A stretch of DNA of 64,000 bases from Dehalococcoidales bacterium (GTDB lineage: Bacteria > Chloroflexota > Dehalococcoidia > Dehalococcoidales > UBA5760), in contig JAQUQE010000003.1 in the NCBI GenBank assembly GCA_028716225.1, positions 108,719 to 172,718 on the forward strand. The letters run 5' to 3'. The notes beneath the pieces are model-generated. The model saw only the letters and a program-made list of their open reading frames with translations. It was not told the DNA's origin and did not search any database. Below are positions 1-9,779 of the stretch, one piece after another; positions within the stretch are counted from its first letter, which is position 1; every line of letters begins with the position of its first letter. The position numbers were made by a program, and so were the translations under genes.

Positions 1-77
1 CACCGCCTATGGTGAAGCACGCTATCTTCAAGGCCGGTGAAGCAGCCGGCATGGGTAAACCGGTGCCTGATACTTAA
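1..77 (+). CDS. C-terminal fragment of an unidentified protein (gene begins upstream of the window)
   Basis: Frame 3 is open from the window edge to TAA at 75-77 (..PPMVKHAIFKAGEAAGMGKPVPDT*). Too short to assign a family. Confidence 0.25.
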   Translation, partial: PPMVKHAIFKAGEAAGMGKPVPDT

Positions 78-98
78 TGGCAGGTTGGTACACACTTT

Positions 99-848
99 TT
101 ATTCGGTAAGGCTCTGGTCTTGCAGGGATATCTGGCGGAGTTTTACTTCGCCCCAGAGACCCATATGGCTGCCGGTGATGATTACTGTCCCTTTTATTCC
201 CTCGATACGTTGAGCCGTCTCAATTCCTCTCGGTATGTCGCTCGGTTGCTCAATCAGGTTGCCGATGGCAGTGGCAGCAGTGTCAGCCAGAGTGGCTGAT
301 TTGGACAGTACTATTACGGCGTCAGCCTTACCGTAACTGAAGGAGTGTCCCACAGTTCCCGACGATGTACAAATTCCCAGGGGGGTATCTGCCCCGTCGA
401 TTTCCAAACCGATTCTGCCGTTCAGAGGCGATTTACCGGCGTAAATCCCGATCAGCCTTTTCTTAAGACTCTTGAGGTAAATATCACCGCCGTTTTCTAC
501 GATTATCTCCGGCGAAAAGGGGAGTAGTTCGGTACCAACAAATTCAGCGATGGCGCCGGCTACTCCTGCCATGGGGCCGGTTCCGGCGCTCTCGGCTGAA
601 GTTGACATCACCTTTACTATCTGTGGGGCGTCGCTTTCGACACTTATCGGTTTAAGGGAGGTTTGAAAATCGGGATGTCGCTCGATATGCCTTTCCAGTA
701 TACTCCGGTATTTTGTCACCAGCCTGAAGGCTTTTCTTTTCAGATTGGTTGAGGCACGGATACACAAATCCGTCTCTTTTACTACGACGCTAAAAGAGAT
801 TAGATCTATATCTCTAATCCAGTGTCGATAGGTTCTCGGCTGATACAT
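99..848 (-). CDS. UPF0280 / COG2122 ApbE-like family protein
   Basis: 249-aa ORF. The overall sequence pattern (..GPMAGVAGAIAEFVG.., ..GICTSSGTVGHSFSYGKADAV..) matches the UPF0280 ApbE-like family as I recall it. Lies 4 nt downstream of the NIL-ferredoxin gene. Confidence 0.7.
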   Translation of the reverse strand: MYQPRTYRHWIRDIDLISFSVVVKETDLCIRASTNLKRKAFRLVTKYRSILERHIERHPDFQTSLKPISVESDAPQIVKVMSTSAESAGTGPMAGVAGAIAEFVGTELLPFSPEIIVENGGDIYLKSLKKRLIGIYAGKSPLNGRIGLEIDGADTPLGICTSSGTVGHSFSYGKADAVIVLSKSATLADTAATAIGNLIEQPSDIPRGIETAQRIEGIKGTVIITGSHMGLWGEVKLRQISLQDQSLTE

Positions 849-851
849 AAA

Positions 852-1283
852 CTAGAAGTGGAGTTCCATAGCTCTCGGGGGGCAGGCCTTCAAGCAAAGT
901 CCGCAAGCCAGGCATTTCTTGTCGTGAAAACTAACTATCCTGCTGATCGGGTCAAGCTCGAAGGCACCGGAGGGACAGATAGTTATGCAGGCGCCGCAGT
1001 GAGTGCACCTTTCCTCATTGCGAGTAACATTCTGGCTGAGCGATTGCACCGTGACGCCGGTTTCGGTTAGATACCTGACGCCTTTTTCATAGTCTTCCTG
1101 CTTCCCTTTGAGCTCCAGTACCAGCAGGCCCTCTTTATCGGGGGTAACTGATGCCTTCAAGATGTTGAAATCAAGGTCGTAATGCTTGACCAGCCGGCTT
1201 ATCATCGGCTGGTCTACCAGTCGTTTCGGAAAGTGTAAGACTATTTTTCTCGATACCGTCATTGAGACTACCCTGCTGCTCAC
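852..1283 (-). CDS. NIL domain / 2x[4Fe-4S] ferredoxin fusion protein
   Basis: N-terminal NIL-like domain (HFPKRLVDQPMISRLVKHYDLDFNILKA) followed by two ferredoxin Cys clusters (CTHCGACITICP, CLACGLCLKACP). The start may be the internal ATG at 1262. A TTGACA-17-TTTAAT promoter lies upstream on the minus strand. Confidence 0.8.
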   Translation of the reverse strand: MSSRVVSMTVSRKIVLHFPKRLVDQPMISRLVKHYDLDFNILKASVTPDKEGLLVLELKGKQEDYEKGVRYLTETGVTVQSLSQNVTRNEERCTHCGACITICPSGAFELDPISRIVSFHDKKCLACGLCLKACPPRAMELHF

Positions 1284-1523
1284 CGTGTGAGAGTAACCCG
1301 ATTACTCTAATTAAACAATCGTTCATCGAGTTTGTCAACGTGGGGAGGCATCTGCCTGAACCGGGTAAAGGTCATCCCCACCGGCGGTCTCCCTAATATA
1401 TTTGTAAAGACTGTTTTTGGCGTTATACAATGGGGGGAAGTTTCTACCGGTTTTTCCCGGGTATGTAGTTTGGGCCTGTTCCGGAGGAACAGATTGTGTT
1501 TACTTTAACTTGCGGGGGTAAGT

Positions 1524-2816
1524 TTGGCTAAGAAAAAGGAAGAGAAACACGAGCGTGGGTTTACCCGACACCAGCTTGCCCGGTGGCAGCAGCAGAAGAA
1601 GCGGCAGCGCATTTTTCTCATCTTGGGGCTTGCTGTTATTGCTGTCGTCGGCGGCGTTATCGGGTCTGGCTGGTATCGTAATGAGTACCGGCCGATGCAG
1701 GAGGTTGTGATTAAGGTAAACGAGACTGAGTTCGATATGGGCTATTACGTTGATACGCTAAAGACCAGCGGTAAGCTGTATCAGCAGATCTACGGGGAGA
1801 GCCAGTACCTCTTCTATATGCAGTCCGTGGCTGACCAGGCGATTACCGGTATTCAGCAGAGGGAGCTAATCAGGCAGGGTGCTATGGCATTAGGTATCGT
1901 AGTTAGCGATAGCGAGGTTAGCAAGGAGCTCAAGGGGAATGATCCCCCTCTGGGTAACGAATATCGTGACCTGGTCAGGGGTGATATGTTGCGTAGCAGG
2001 TTACTTGACGAATATTTTGAGAAAGAGGTGCCGCAGTTTGCCGATCAGAGACAGGTTATAGCGATGTTTCTCGAGAGTGAGAGCCGGGCAGCTATGGTCA
2101 GAAAGATGCTTGAGGCTGGAGAAGATTTTGCCGAACTGGCCGGTGATTTTTCTCTGGACAGCCTTAACTTGACTGAGGATGACCAGGCCGGTTGGTACCC
2201 GGCGGAAATTCTGTCGGAAGGACTGGGGCTTGGCGTGGTTGAGGACTACGTTTTCGCTGCCGGGGTAGGGCTGAGCGGACCGGTTTATGACGACACCAGG
2301 ACTAAAGACTTCGGCTATTGGCTGGTCAAGCTGGTGGAGAAAGATGAGGATGAGCAGGGCGAACTGTTTAATGTTCAGGTAATGCTGTTGGGCAGTGAGG
2401 AAGAGGCGCGGGGAGTGATAGACCGGTTGGAACTCGGGGTTAGTGGTGACTTTGGCGAAATAGCCGGCGAGCTTTCTCAGGATGCTGCCTCGAAAGAAGA
2501 CGGCGGTGATTTGGGCTGGCTTGATCCTGATGAGATAGCTGAGCCCTTTGCAGATTTTGTTCTGAATGCTGAACCGGGGTCACTGAGTGAGCTGATAAAG
2601 GATGATACGGTTGTCACCAACGGTGGCTATTGGCTGATTGATGTCCTGGGTATTGAGGAAGGCAGGCAGATTTCTGAGGTCGACCGGGACTTCCTGAAGA
2701 GCATGGCTCTGGATGAGTGGATTTCTTCTTTATGGGATGATCCGGAGACTGTAGTGGAAAGCTACCTGGATGCCGAAAAGATAACCTGGGCGATAGACAG
2801 GGCTGTCGGTAGTTGA
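1524..2816 (+). CDS. membrane-anchored parvulin-type peptidyl-prolyl isomerase (PrsA/SurA-like)
   Basis: 430 aa with a TTG start. Basic N-terminus plus one TM helix (IFLILGLAVIAVVGGVIGSGW). Two rotamase-like segments (FAELAGDFSLD..AGWY; FGEIAGELSQD..GGDLGWL..GGYWLI). Confidence 0.7.
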   Translation: MAKKKEEKHERGFTRHQLARWQQQKKRQRIFLILGLAVIAVVGGVIGSGWYRNEYRPMQEVVIKVNETEFDMGYYVDTLKTSGKLYQQIYGESQYLFYMQSVADQAITGIQQRELIRQGAMALGIVVSDSEVSKELKGNDPPLGNEYRDLVRGDMLRSRLLDEYFEKEVPQFADQRQVIAMFLESESRAAMVRKMLEAGEDFAELAGDFSLDSLNLTEDDQAGWYPAEILSEGLGLGVVEDYVFAAGVGLSGPVYDDTRTKDFGYWLVKLVEKDEDEQGELFNVQVMLLGSEEEARGVIDRLELGVSGDFGEIAGELSQDAASKEDGGDLGWLDPDEIAEPFADFVLNAEPGSLSELIKDDTVVTNGGYWLIDVLGIEEGRQISEVDRDFLKSMALDEWISSLWDDPETVVESYLDAEKITWAIDRAVGS

Positions 2817-2833
2817 ACCGGGGGGGTATCGAG

Positions 2834-4141
2834 ATGATGGAAAGGGATTGCGTCGGGGTTGGTATACTGGGGCTGGGGGTGATTGCCGGACAGGTTGCCC
2901 GTGTTCTGCGTGACAAGTCAGAAATCCTGGCCGGTCGGGTCGGTTGCCCGCTTGTCTTACGAAAGGTAAAGGTTCTGCCTGATGACTTGAGCCGGCCGCA
3001 GGTAAAGGAGATGGGGGCTCATCTCTTTACCACCGATGATGAAGAGTTTTTTACCTCACCCGGGATAGATATAGTTGTCGAAGCCATCGGGGGTGAGCAT
3101 CCGGCCCTGGAATATTTGACCCGGGCGCTTGGTGATGGTAAGCATGTTGTTACCTCCAACAAAGAAGTTATTGCCAAGCATGGGGCTGAGCTTCTGAAAC
3201 TGGCAGACCAGAATGGGGTGGTGCTGCGTTATGAAGCTAGTGTTGGTGGGGGTATCCCCCTGATTTCCCGTTTCCGGTATGATCTGGTGGCTAACCGGAT
3301 AGAAGGTATCTATGCGATTATCAACGGGACGACCAACTATATTCTGACTCGAATGGCTGGAGAGGGCGCGGACTTTTCTTCGGTTCTGGCCAGGGCTCAG
3401 GATTTGGGTTATGCCGAAGCTAATCCGGAGAATGATATAGAGGGGATAGACGCTGCCTATAAACTGGCTATTCTGACCTCGCTGGCGTTCCACACCGAGG
3501 TCAGACCGGAGGATATCTATCACGAAGGGATTTCACGATTATCCAGCCGTGATTTCCAGTATGCCCGGGAGCTTGGTTTCGCTATCAAGCTGCTGGCCAT
3601 TGCTAAAGAGAGTGATGGAGTGGTTGAGGTCCGGGTGCATCCGGTCTTTATACCGGAAGACTCTCTTCTGGCTAAGGTCAATGGTGTCTATAATGCCGTT
3701 CTGGTTGAGGGGGATCTGGTTGATAAAGTCCTCTTCTTCGGTCAAGGCGCGGGTCCACTGCCTACCTCCAGCGCTGTAATAGCTGATGTTGTCTCGGCGG
3801 CGCAGGATGTCCTGCGTGGTATTAGCGGCGGAGTCAGGTGGGAGTTGGGGCCCGGCAAGGTGATCAAACCCATGTCTGGCATTGAAACCAGCTACTATCT
3901 CCGTCTCAACATTGCCGATCGGCCTGGTATCCTGGCTCAGATTGCCAAGGCCCTGGGTGACCGTCAGATCAGTATTTCCTCTGCCATCCAGAAGCTGGCT
4001 GACCGGGTGGCTCAGACCGCTGAAATTGTTATCATTACCTATCCTGCCCTGGAAAAATCGATGCAGTCGGCGCTGGGAGAATTAGGCCAGCTATCCGGGG
4101 TAAAGGAAGTAAGCAACTTAGTTCGGGTGGAGGCTTTATAA
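2834..4141 (+). CDS. hom: homoserine dehydrogenase with C-terminal ACT domain
   Basis: VGVGILGLGVIAGQV Rossmann motif, NKEVIA, and an ACT-like tail (YYLRLNIADRPGILAQIAKALG). The ORF opens at TTG 2813, but a GGGGGG SD 7 nt before ATG 2834 favours 2834. Confidence 0.9.
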   Translation: MMERDCVGVGILGLGVIAGQVARVLRDKSEILAGRVGCPLVLRKVKVLPDDLSRPQVKEMGAHLFTTDDEEFFTSPGIDIVVEAIGGEHPALEYLTRALGDGKHVVTSNKEVIAKHGAELLKLADQNGVVLRYEASVGGGIPLISRFRYDLVANRIEGIYAIINGTTNYILTRMAGEGADFSSVLARAQDLGYAEANPENDIEGIDAAYKLAILTSLAFHTEVRPEDIYHEGISRLSSRDFQYARELGFAIKLLAIAKESDGVVEVRVHPVFIPEDSLLAKVNGVYNAVLVEGDLVDKVLFFGQGAGPLPTSSAVIADVVSAAQDVLRGISGGVRWELGPGKVIKPMSGIETSYYLRLNIADRPGILAQIAKALGDRQISISSAIQKLADRVAQTAEIVIITYPALEKSMQSALGELGQLSGVKEVSNLVRVEAL

Positions 4142-4151
4142 TAGAGTAGCA

Positions 4152-5204
4152 ATGAAAAACGGAGTGCTAGCCAGATATAGAGACTATCTACCGGTTACCC
4201 CTGATACGCCGCTTTTCTCGTTAGGCGAGGGAGATACCCCGCTGGTCAGGTGCCCGTCTCTTGAGAGAGAGACTGGCTGTGGGGAACTCTATTTTAAGCT
4301 GGAGGGGTGTCAGCCTACCGGTTCCTTTAAGGACCGGGGTATGGTTGTCGCGGTGGCCAAGGCGATGGAGGCCGGCAGCCGGGCCGTAATGTGCGCCTCT
4401 ACCGGTAACACCAGCGCCTCAGCGGCGGCCTATGCTGCCTATCTCGGGATTGAGGCTATTATTGTGGTACCCGAGGGTAAAATCACGATGGGTAAGCTGG
4501 CTCAGGCTGTCGTCTACGGAGCCAAGATAGTTGCTATTGAGGGAAATTTTGACCAGGCCCTGACTATCGTAAGGAGTCTGACCGACAGGCATCCGGTTAC
4601 CCTGGTGAACTCGGTTAATCCCAACCGTATCGAGGGCCAGAAAACGGCTGCCTTCGAGATTGTTGATAACCTGGGGGCTGCGCCGGACTACCTCTTTATC
4701 CCGGTGGGGAATGCCGGGAATATTACCGCCTACTGGAAAGGTTTTATGGAATACTTCGGGTTGGGTAAGGCGAAGGCTAAGCCCAGGATGATGGGTTTTC
4801 AGGCTGAAGGTGCTGCCCCTATTGTCCGGGGATATCCTGTTAAGGAGCCGCAGACCGTCGCTACCGCGATACGAATCGGTAATCCGGCGAGTTGGCAAAA
4901 GGCGGTGGCGGCTCGTGATGAGTCCGGGGGAACTATTGATATGGTCAGCGACGATGAAATCCTGGCGGCTTACCGGCTTATGGCGGCTAAAGGGGGTATA
5001 TTTGGTGAGCCGGCTTCGGCAGCTCCACTGGCCGGTCTAATCAAGCTCTCTCGTTGTGGGATGGACTTTTCGCAGAAGAGGGTGGTCTGTGTGGTGACCG
5101 GTAGCGGCCTTAAGGACCCTGATAATGCACTGAAAAGCGCAGAGCCCTTCCTTAAGCTGCCGGCTGACTTGGCTGCTGTGGAACGGGCTTTGGGTTGGGG
5201 CTAA
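4152..5204 (+). CDS. thrC: threonine synthase
   Basis: PLP lysine motif (QPTGSFKDRG), GNTSASAAAYAA, and a length of 350 aa. Lies directly downstream of hom. Confidence 0.92.
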   Translation: MKNGVLARYRDYLPVTPDTPLFSLGEGDTPLVRCPSLERETGCGELYFKLEGCQPTGSFKDRGMVVAVAKAMEAGSRAVMCASTGNTSASAAAYAAYLGIEAIIVVPEGKITMGKLAQAVVYGAKIVAIEGNFDQALTIVRSLTDRHPVTLVNSVNPNRIEGQKTAAFEIVDNLGAAPDYLFIPVGNAGNITAYWKGFMEYFGLGKAKAKPRMMGFQAEGAAPIVRGYPVKEPQTVATAIRIGNPASWQKAVAARDESGGTIDMVSDDEILAAYRLMAAKGGIFGEPASAAPLAGLIKLSRCGMDFSQKRVVCVVTGSGLKDPDNALKSAEPFLKLPADLAAVERALGWG

Positions 5205-5237
5205 AGAAATAGCGTCGAGAAATTAACGAGGAAGGTA

Positions 5238-5816
5238 GTGTTTGACTCGGATAAAATTCAGGCGGCGGTAGCTTCCATTATTGAGGCTATCGGAGAGGAC
5301 CCGCAGCGTGAGGGCTTGGTGGGTACTCCCCGCCGTGTCGCTGAGATGTATGCCGAGCTATTCAAGGGGATGGGTGTGGATCCCAGGGAAGTGCTCTCGG
5401 TAAGCTTCGGAGAGGGACACCGTGAAATGATCATCCTCAAGGACATCCCGTTCTATTCTATGTGTGAGCATCACCTGCTGCCCTTTTACGGACTGGCTCA
5501 TATCGGCTATATCCCTAATAACGAAGGAAGCGTAGTCGGTGCCAGTAAACTGGCCAGAGTAGTCGAGATTGTAGCCCAGCGCCTGCAGCTTCAGGAGAGG
5601 ATGACCTCTCAGATTGCCGATGCTATTGCCGATGGGATCAATGCCAAGGGAGTGGCTGTGGTCCTCCAGGCAGAGCATATGTGTATGGTTATGCGTGGCA
5701 TCAAGAAACCGGGCAGCAATATGGTCACCTCGGGTTTGCGGGGTATATTCCGTACTGACCCCAAGACCAGGGCCGAGTTTTTTTCGCTGATTCGAAGTAA
5801 GTCTCCTATCGATTAG
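5238..5816 (+). CDS. folE: GTP cyclohydrolase I
   Basis: FolE signatures [13 protein letters not shown] and [17 protein letters not shown]-like [14 protein letters not shown] start with a GAGGA SD. Confidence 0.92.
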   Translation: MFDSDKIQAAVASIIEAIGEDPQREGLVGTPRRVAEMYAELFKGMGVDPREVLSVSFGEGHREMIILKDIPFYSMCEHHLLPFYGLAHIGYIPNNEGSVVGASKLARVVEIVAQRLQLQERMTSQIADAIADGINAKGVAVVLQAEHMCMVMRGIKKPGSNMVTSGLRGIFRTDPKTRAEFFSLIRSKSPID

Positions 5817-5826
5817 GCAGGCCCGG

Positions 5827-6243
5827 TCACTCACCCATGATCTGCAGTATCACCCGTCTCGAGCGGGGCCGGTTATCGAAATCGATCAGGACTATCTGCT
5901 GCCAGGTACCCACCACTAGTCTCTTATTGCTGAAAGGTACTGTCAGCGAGGCCCCCTGTAGTGAAGCACGGACGTGTGAGTAACCGTTGCCGTCGCCCCA
6001 GCGACGGTCATGGGCGTAGGCAATATCTTTAGGGACAATTCGCTGCCACATATCCTGCAGATCGGCCAGTACTCCGGATTCGAACTCGATGGTGGTTAGG
6101 CCGGCCGTTGAACCGGCGATAAATATCGTGACAATGCCGTTAGCTACCCCGGCCCTGGCTAATTCCTGCTCTATGTCGGGTGTGATATCGATAATATCAC
6201 ACTCACCTCTGGTATTGAGAGTAATTTCCCTGGTCACTATCAT
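5827..6243 (-). CDS. yjbQ: YjbQ/UPF0047 family protein (secondary thiamine-phosphate synthase-like)
   Basis: 138 aa. Typical YjbQ layout (..IVTIFIAGSTAGLTTIEFE.., ..GNGYSHVRASLQGASLTVPF..). Confidence 0.8.
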   Translation of the reverse strand: MIVTREITLNTRGECDIIDITPDIEQELARAGVANGIVTIFIAGSTAGLTTIEFESGVLADLQDMWQRIVPKDIAYAHDRRWGDGNGYSHVRASLQGASLTVPFSNKRLVVGTWQQIVLIDFDNRPRSRRVILQIMGE

Positions 6244-8791
6244 ATCCCCTACTCCTGTTGTCCAATATCTGGTTTATCTCTTTCTTCAGCCCGGCGGTAT
6301 CAAAGGGCTTGGGAACACAGGTGGCTCCGGTCGCTTTAAGGAACTCTCTGGCATCGGAGCTGATCATGTCTCCGGTGGTAAAGATGGCCCTCTTCTGCAG
6401 GGAAGGGGCTGTCTTCCCCAGCTCATCATACAGTTCGGTGCCGCTTAAGCCGGGCATTTTGATATCACAGATGATAAGGTCGTAACCCTGCTCCTTAATC
6501 ATCTCGAGGGCCTCTCTGCCGCTGCCTGCCGTCGCCACATCATAACCCTCGCCACCGAGCACCTTCTTCAGGAACGCCAGTATGGCCGGCTCGTCATCCA
6601 CCACCAGTATCAGGCCCTCGACGGCCTTCCCGGCCTCCTCGACTGCCTCCGTCTCTTCTATCTTCCCATCCTCCTCCGCTACGATGGGCAGATCGACGAA
6701 GAAGGTAGCCCCCTTGCCCTCCTCGCTCTCGGCATACAACTCACCGTTATGCTCGGCGACGATGCCCCGGGATAGGCTCAGGCCCAGGCCGGTCCCTTCT
6801 CCCACCTCCTTAGTGGTGAAGAAGGGATCGAATATCCTCTCCAGGTTCTCCCCGGCTATGCCGAGCCCGTCATCGGCAAACGATATCCGTATCCTGTCGC
6901 CGGCCTGCTCTGTCCTGATGGTAAGCCTGCCCCTGCCGTGGGCCTTCTTCATCTCCGTCTCGGCGTTGACGATGATGTTGAGGAATACCTGCTGGAGCTG
7001 GCTGGCATCGGCCACCGTCCAGGGCAGTTCGTTATCGAGCAGGGTAATCACCTCGATGTTGGAGGTCTCCAGGGCGTACTTGCGCAGCGCTAGGGTGCTT
7101 TCGATTATCTCGTTGATTCCGGTACAGGTCCGTACCGGCTTGCGCTGGCGGGCGAAGGTAAGCAGTCTCTTCACGATGTCGGCTACCCTCTCGGCGCTGT
7201 TATTGATAATCTCAACGTCTTCCCTTAAGTCTTCGGGCAGGTCCTTCTCCATCAGCAACTCGGAGAAGCCGATCACGCTGGTTAGGGGATTGTTTATCTC
7301 GTGGGCGATGCCGGAGGCCATCTCGCCCACCGATGCCAAGCGGCTGGTTACCTGGGCCTTCCTCTCCATCTCCCGCTTCTCTGCCTCAGCCTTTTTCTGC
7401 GCGGTGATATTGCTGGTAACAGTAACGACAGCAGACACATTCCCATGGGAATCAAATAATGGCGAGGCATTATTCAGTAAGTCAACATAAGAGCCGTCTT
7501 TAGCCCGACATCTATATTCCAGGTTTCTCATCCCTTTGCCTGACTCTAACTGGGTAAATTCTTTTCTCACACGTTCTAAATCTTCCGGGTGGACTAATTC
7601 GAATGCGTTTATTTTACTTACCTCTTCAGGTGAGAAGCCTAGGTGTTTTCTGAATGCCGGATTGGTAAAGACAAAGTTCCCTTCCATATCCGTTGTGGAT
7701 ATAATCTCGGAAGCAGTCTCCACTAGCTCTCTGTACTTTTCCTCCGACGCCCTCAGTGCTTCCAGGGTCTTATTGAAATTGTTCTTCAGGTGTGATAATT
7801 CGTCACTACCCGTCACAGAAACGTGACCTAACAGGTCATTTGCTGCTCTGATTTGATCAATCTCTCGGTCAAAACGTAGTAACCGGGACAGGACCGATCT
7901 GTGCAAAAATAGTAGGATTACCAGTGCAAGCACCCCCCCTGCGATAGCAAGTACCACCATAAAATAATTGATGGTATTCTGTCCCTCCCTGTGAATATCC
8001 CTTGGTACGTTTATCTTTAGGATGAGGCTTGGGTTGTCATAAATATCGTCAACAGAAGCGTATCCAGCAGCACGCTCACCGTCCAAGGGTTCAATAACGA
8101 TCGGCGTGCCTGTCTGTAAAGATGGCTTCACTTCTTCGAGGTCGGTCGGCAATAGCGAATTGTCAAACAGATTGATATCGATGGACAATCGTGTTAACCC
8201 GGCTAGCTCCTCGATTTTGGAAGTGTCTAAGTAGCGTCCCATAATAAGTGTTCCACGAATAGGCCCTTCATCTCCACTGGTCAGTATGGGCCGTGAACTG
8301 ATGAGCATAGGGAGTTCGGAAAGGGTAAGCACCCCTTCTACGTTACTCTCTGTATCAGGATGATGCAGAAGGAGGCTGTCAGGGTAAAGATGTTCTTGAA
8401 AACTCTCCGGGAGAGGTACTTCCTCTTCGTTTTCCAAATCGAAGGCCTTAGCAAGGATTACCTGGTTGGCGGAGTTGATAAACACCATAAGATTAAGCTC
8501 TAGTGTTACGAATGTCCCGTCGATTAGATTTGACTCAATATAGGCATCGTTATTATCCTCGATGAACTCATAGGTATCATCCCATGCTGCCCAGTCCTGA
8601 TTGACGGCATCTATCGAAGATATTTCTTTGTCCAGGGCACTCTTGAGACGCTCCACATTGGTATGGATTGCCTCCTGCTCCAACCGAGCGTAACTCCGCA
8701 GCAGGACGTTTTGAGAGATTGCATATATAGTAGCGATCAGACAGCCGAATGTAACTGCAATGAGAACTATCGTCTTCTTACGGAGTGTCAT
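6203..8791 (-). CDS. hybrid sensor histidine kinase (CHASE4-TM-HAMP-PAS-HisKA-HATPase-REC)
   Basis: N-terminal TM helix plus a CHASE4-like periplasmic domain (QDWAAWDDTYEFI), a second TM helix and a PAS domain. H-box MASGIAHEINNPL, N/G boxes (NAETEM, DDGLGI, GTGLGL), and a C-terminal receiver (LVVDDEP..DLIICDIKMPG). Its 3' end overlaps yjbQ by 41 nt. Confidence 0.9.
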   Translation of the reverse strand: MTLRKKTIVLIAVTFGCLIATIYAISQNVLLRSYARLEQEAIHTNVERLKSALDKEISSIDAVNQDWAAWDDTYEFIEDNNDAYIESNLIDGTFVTLELNLMVFINSANQVILAKAFDLENEEEVPLPESFQEHLYPDSLLLHHPDTESNVEGVLTLSELPMLISSRPILTSGDEGPIRGTLIMGRYLDTSKIEELAGLTRLSIDINLFDNSLLPTDLEEVKPSLQTGTPIVIEPLDGERAAGYASVDDIYDNPSLILKINVPRDIHREGQNTINYFMVVLAIAGGVLALVILLFLHRSVLSRLLRFDREIDQIRAANDLLGHVSVTGSDELSHLKNNFNKTLEALRASEEKYRELVETASEIISTTDMEGNFVFTNPAFRKHLGFSPEEVSKINAFELVHPEDLERVRKEFTQLESGKGMRNLEYRCRAKDGSYVDLLNNASPLFDSHGNVSAVVTVTSNITAQKKAEAEKREMERKAQVTSRLASVGEMASGIAHEINNPLTSVIGFSELLMEKDLPEDLREDVEIINNSAERVADIVKRLLTFARQRKPVRTCTGINEIIESTLALRKYALETSNIEVITLLDNELPWTVADASQLQQVFLNIIVNAETEMKKAHGRGRLTIRTEQAGDRIRISFADDGLGIAGENLERIFDPFFTTKEVGEGTGLGLSLSRGIVAEHNGELYAESEEGKGATFFVDLPIVAEEDGKIEETEAVEEAGKAVEGLILVVDDEPAILAFLKKVLGGEGYDVATAGSGREALEMIKEQGYDLIICDIKMPGLSGTELYDELGKTAPSLQKRAIFTTGDMISSDAREFLKATGATCVPKPFDTAGLKKEINQILDNRSRGYDSDQGNYSQYQR

Positions 8792-8996
8792 TTGTATTGA
8801 CCTTTACCATTGTGGTTTCAGTAGATTCTGTGCTGTCCGGGTATTCCGAATTCTATTGGCTCTGGACCTCAGTCTAGTCAGGTCACCTTTATCTGAAATA
8901 TGTTCGCATATGGTGCGTTCAAAAGCAATCACCCGTTAGTTCTTCAACCGGGACAAAGGTGGGCCAGTGCGGGGTCTTTTAGTTCTTCGGCCCCTG

Positions 8997-9779
8997 TCAG
9001 TCCGGAATTAGCCCGTCCCAGATGATGTCATCCAGCTCAAATACGGGGCCGTCCTGGCATACCTGCTTCAGTCCGCTTCTGGTTCTCACCGTGCAGGCGT
9101 AGCAGACCCCAAGCCCGCAGCCCATCCTCATCTCCAAGGAGATCTGTACCGGCTTCCCTGCGAGGCCGAGCTCTCGCTTTCTCTGCGCCAGTTCACGGTA
9201 CATTGCGGTGGGCCCGCAGGCAAAGATCTGGTCGGAGCTGTCAGCGTAGTCCGGCAGCAGTTCCGAGACGTATCCTTGATAACCCTGTGTACCGTCTTCG
9301 GTAGCGGTGATAAGGGTAACTCCCTGGGGCAGGAATTCCTCGGGGAGAAACTGGGCGGCAGACCTGGCTCCGGCGAGCAGGGTTACCCTTTTCTCCTGTC
9401 GAAGTGCTATATCGGCAAGATATACCAGCGGCACGATGCCCATACCGCCTGCTACCAGCAGGATTTCTCTGGACTCAGCGTGGATGGTGAAACCGTTGCC
9501 CAGCGGGCCGAGCAGGTCTATAGCCTCATCCTTTTGACGTTGAGATAACCAGCGGGTGCCTTTGCCTACCGTGTTAAATAAAAGAGCCAGGCTATCGCCG
9601 TCTATCCGATGTATGCTGAGGGGGCGGCGCAGCAGTAGCTCATTGTCTTCACCGCAGCGCACCATCACAAACTGCCCCGGCTTAGCTCCGGAGGCTATAC
9701 AGGGAGACCGGAGCCGGAGGAGATAAGTCCCGGGCATTGCTTCTCTGCTGGAGATGATGGTGGACGGGGGCTGCTTCAT
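8997..9779 (-). CDS. pyrK: dihydroorotate dehydrogenase electron-transfer subunit
   Basis: FNR-like fold (RRPLSI, GPLGNGF) and a C-terminal 2Fe-2S Cys cluster (MGCGLGVCYACTV...CQDGPVF). Overlaps the pyrC stop by 4 nt. Confidence 0.88.
   Translation of the reverse strand: MKQPPSTIISSREAMPGTYLLRLRSPCIASGAKPGQFVMVRCGEDNELLLRRPLSIHRIDGDSLALLFNTVGKGTRWLSQRQKDEAIDLLGPLGNGFTIHAESREILLVAGGMGIVPLVYLADIALRQEKRVTLLAGARSAAQFLPEEFLPQGVTLITATEDGTQGYQGYVSELLPDYADSSDQIFACGPTAMYRELAQRKRELGLAGKPVQISLEMRMGCGLGVCYACTVRTRSGLKQVCQDGPVFELDDIIWDGLIPD

Noticed and set aside
1284-1420. A possible SAM/S-box riboswitch upstream of the NIL-ferredoxin gene
   Set aside because: No SAM-I core is present (no ..GAGGGA..GGCCC..GCAACC.. 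pattern). A good promoter (TTGACA-17-TTTAAT) sits close to the gene, leaving only a leader of about 45 nt with one small hairpin.
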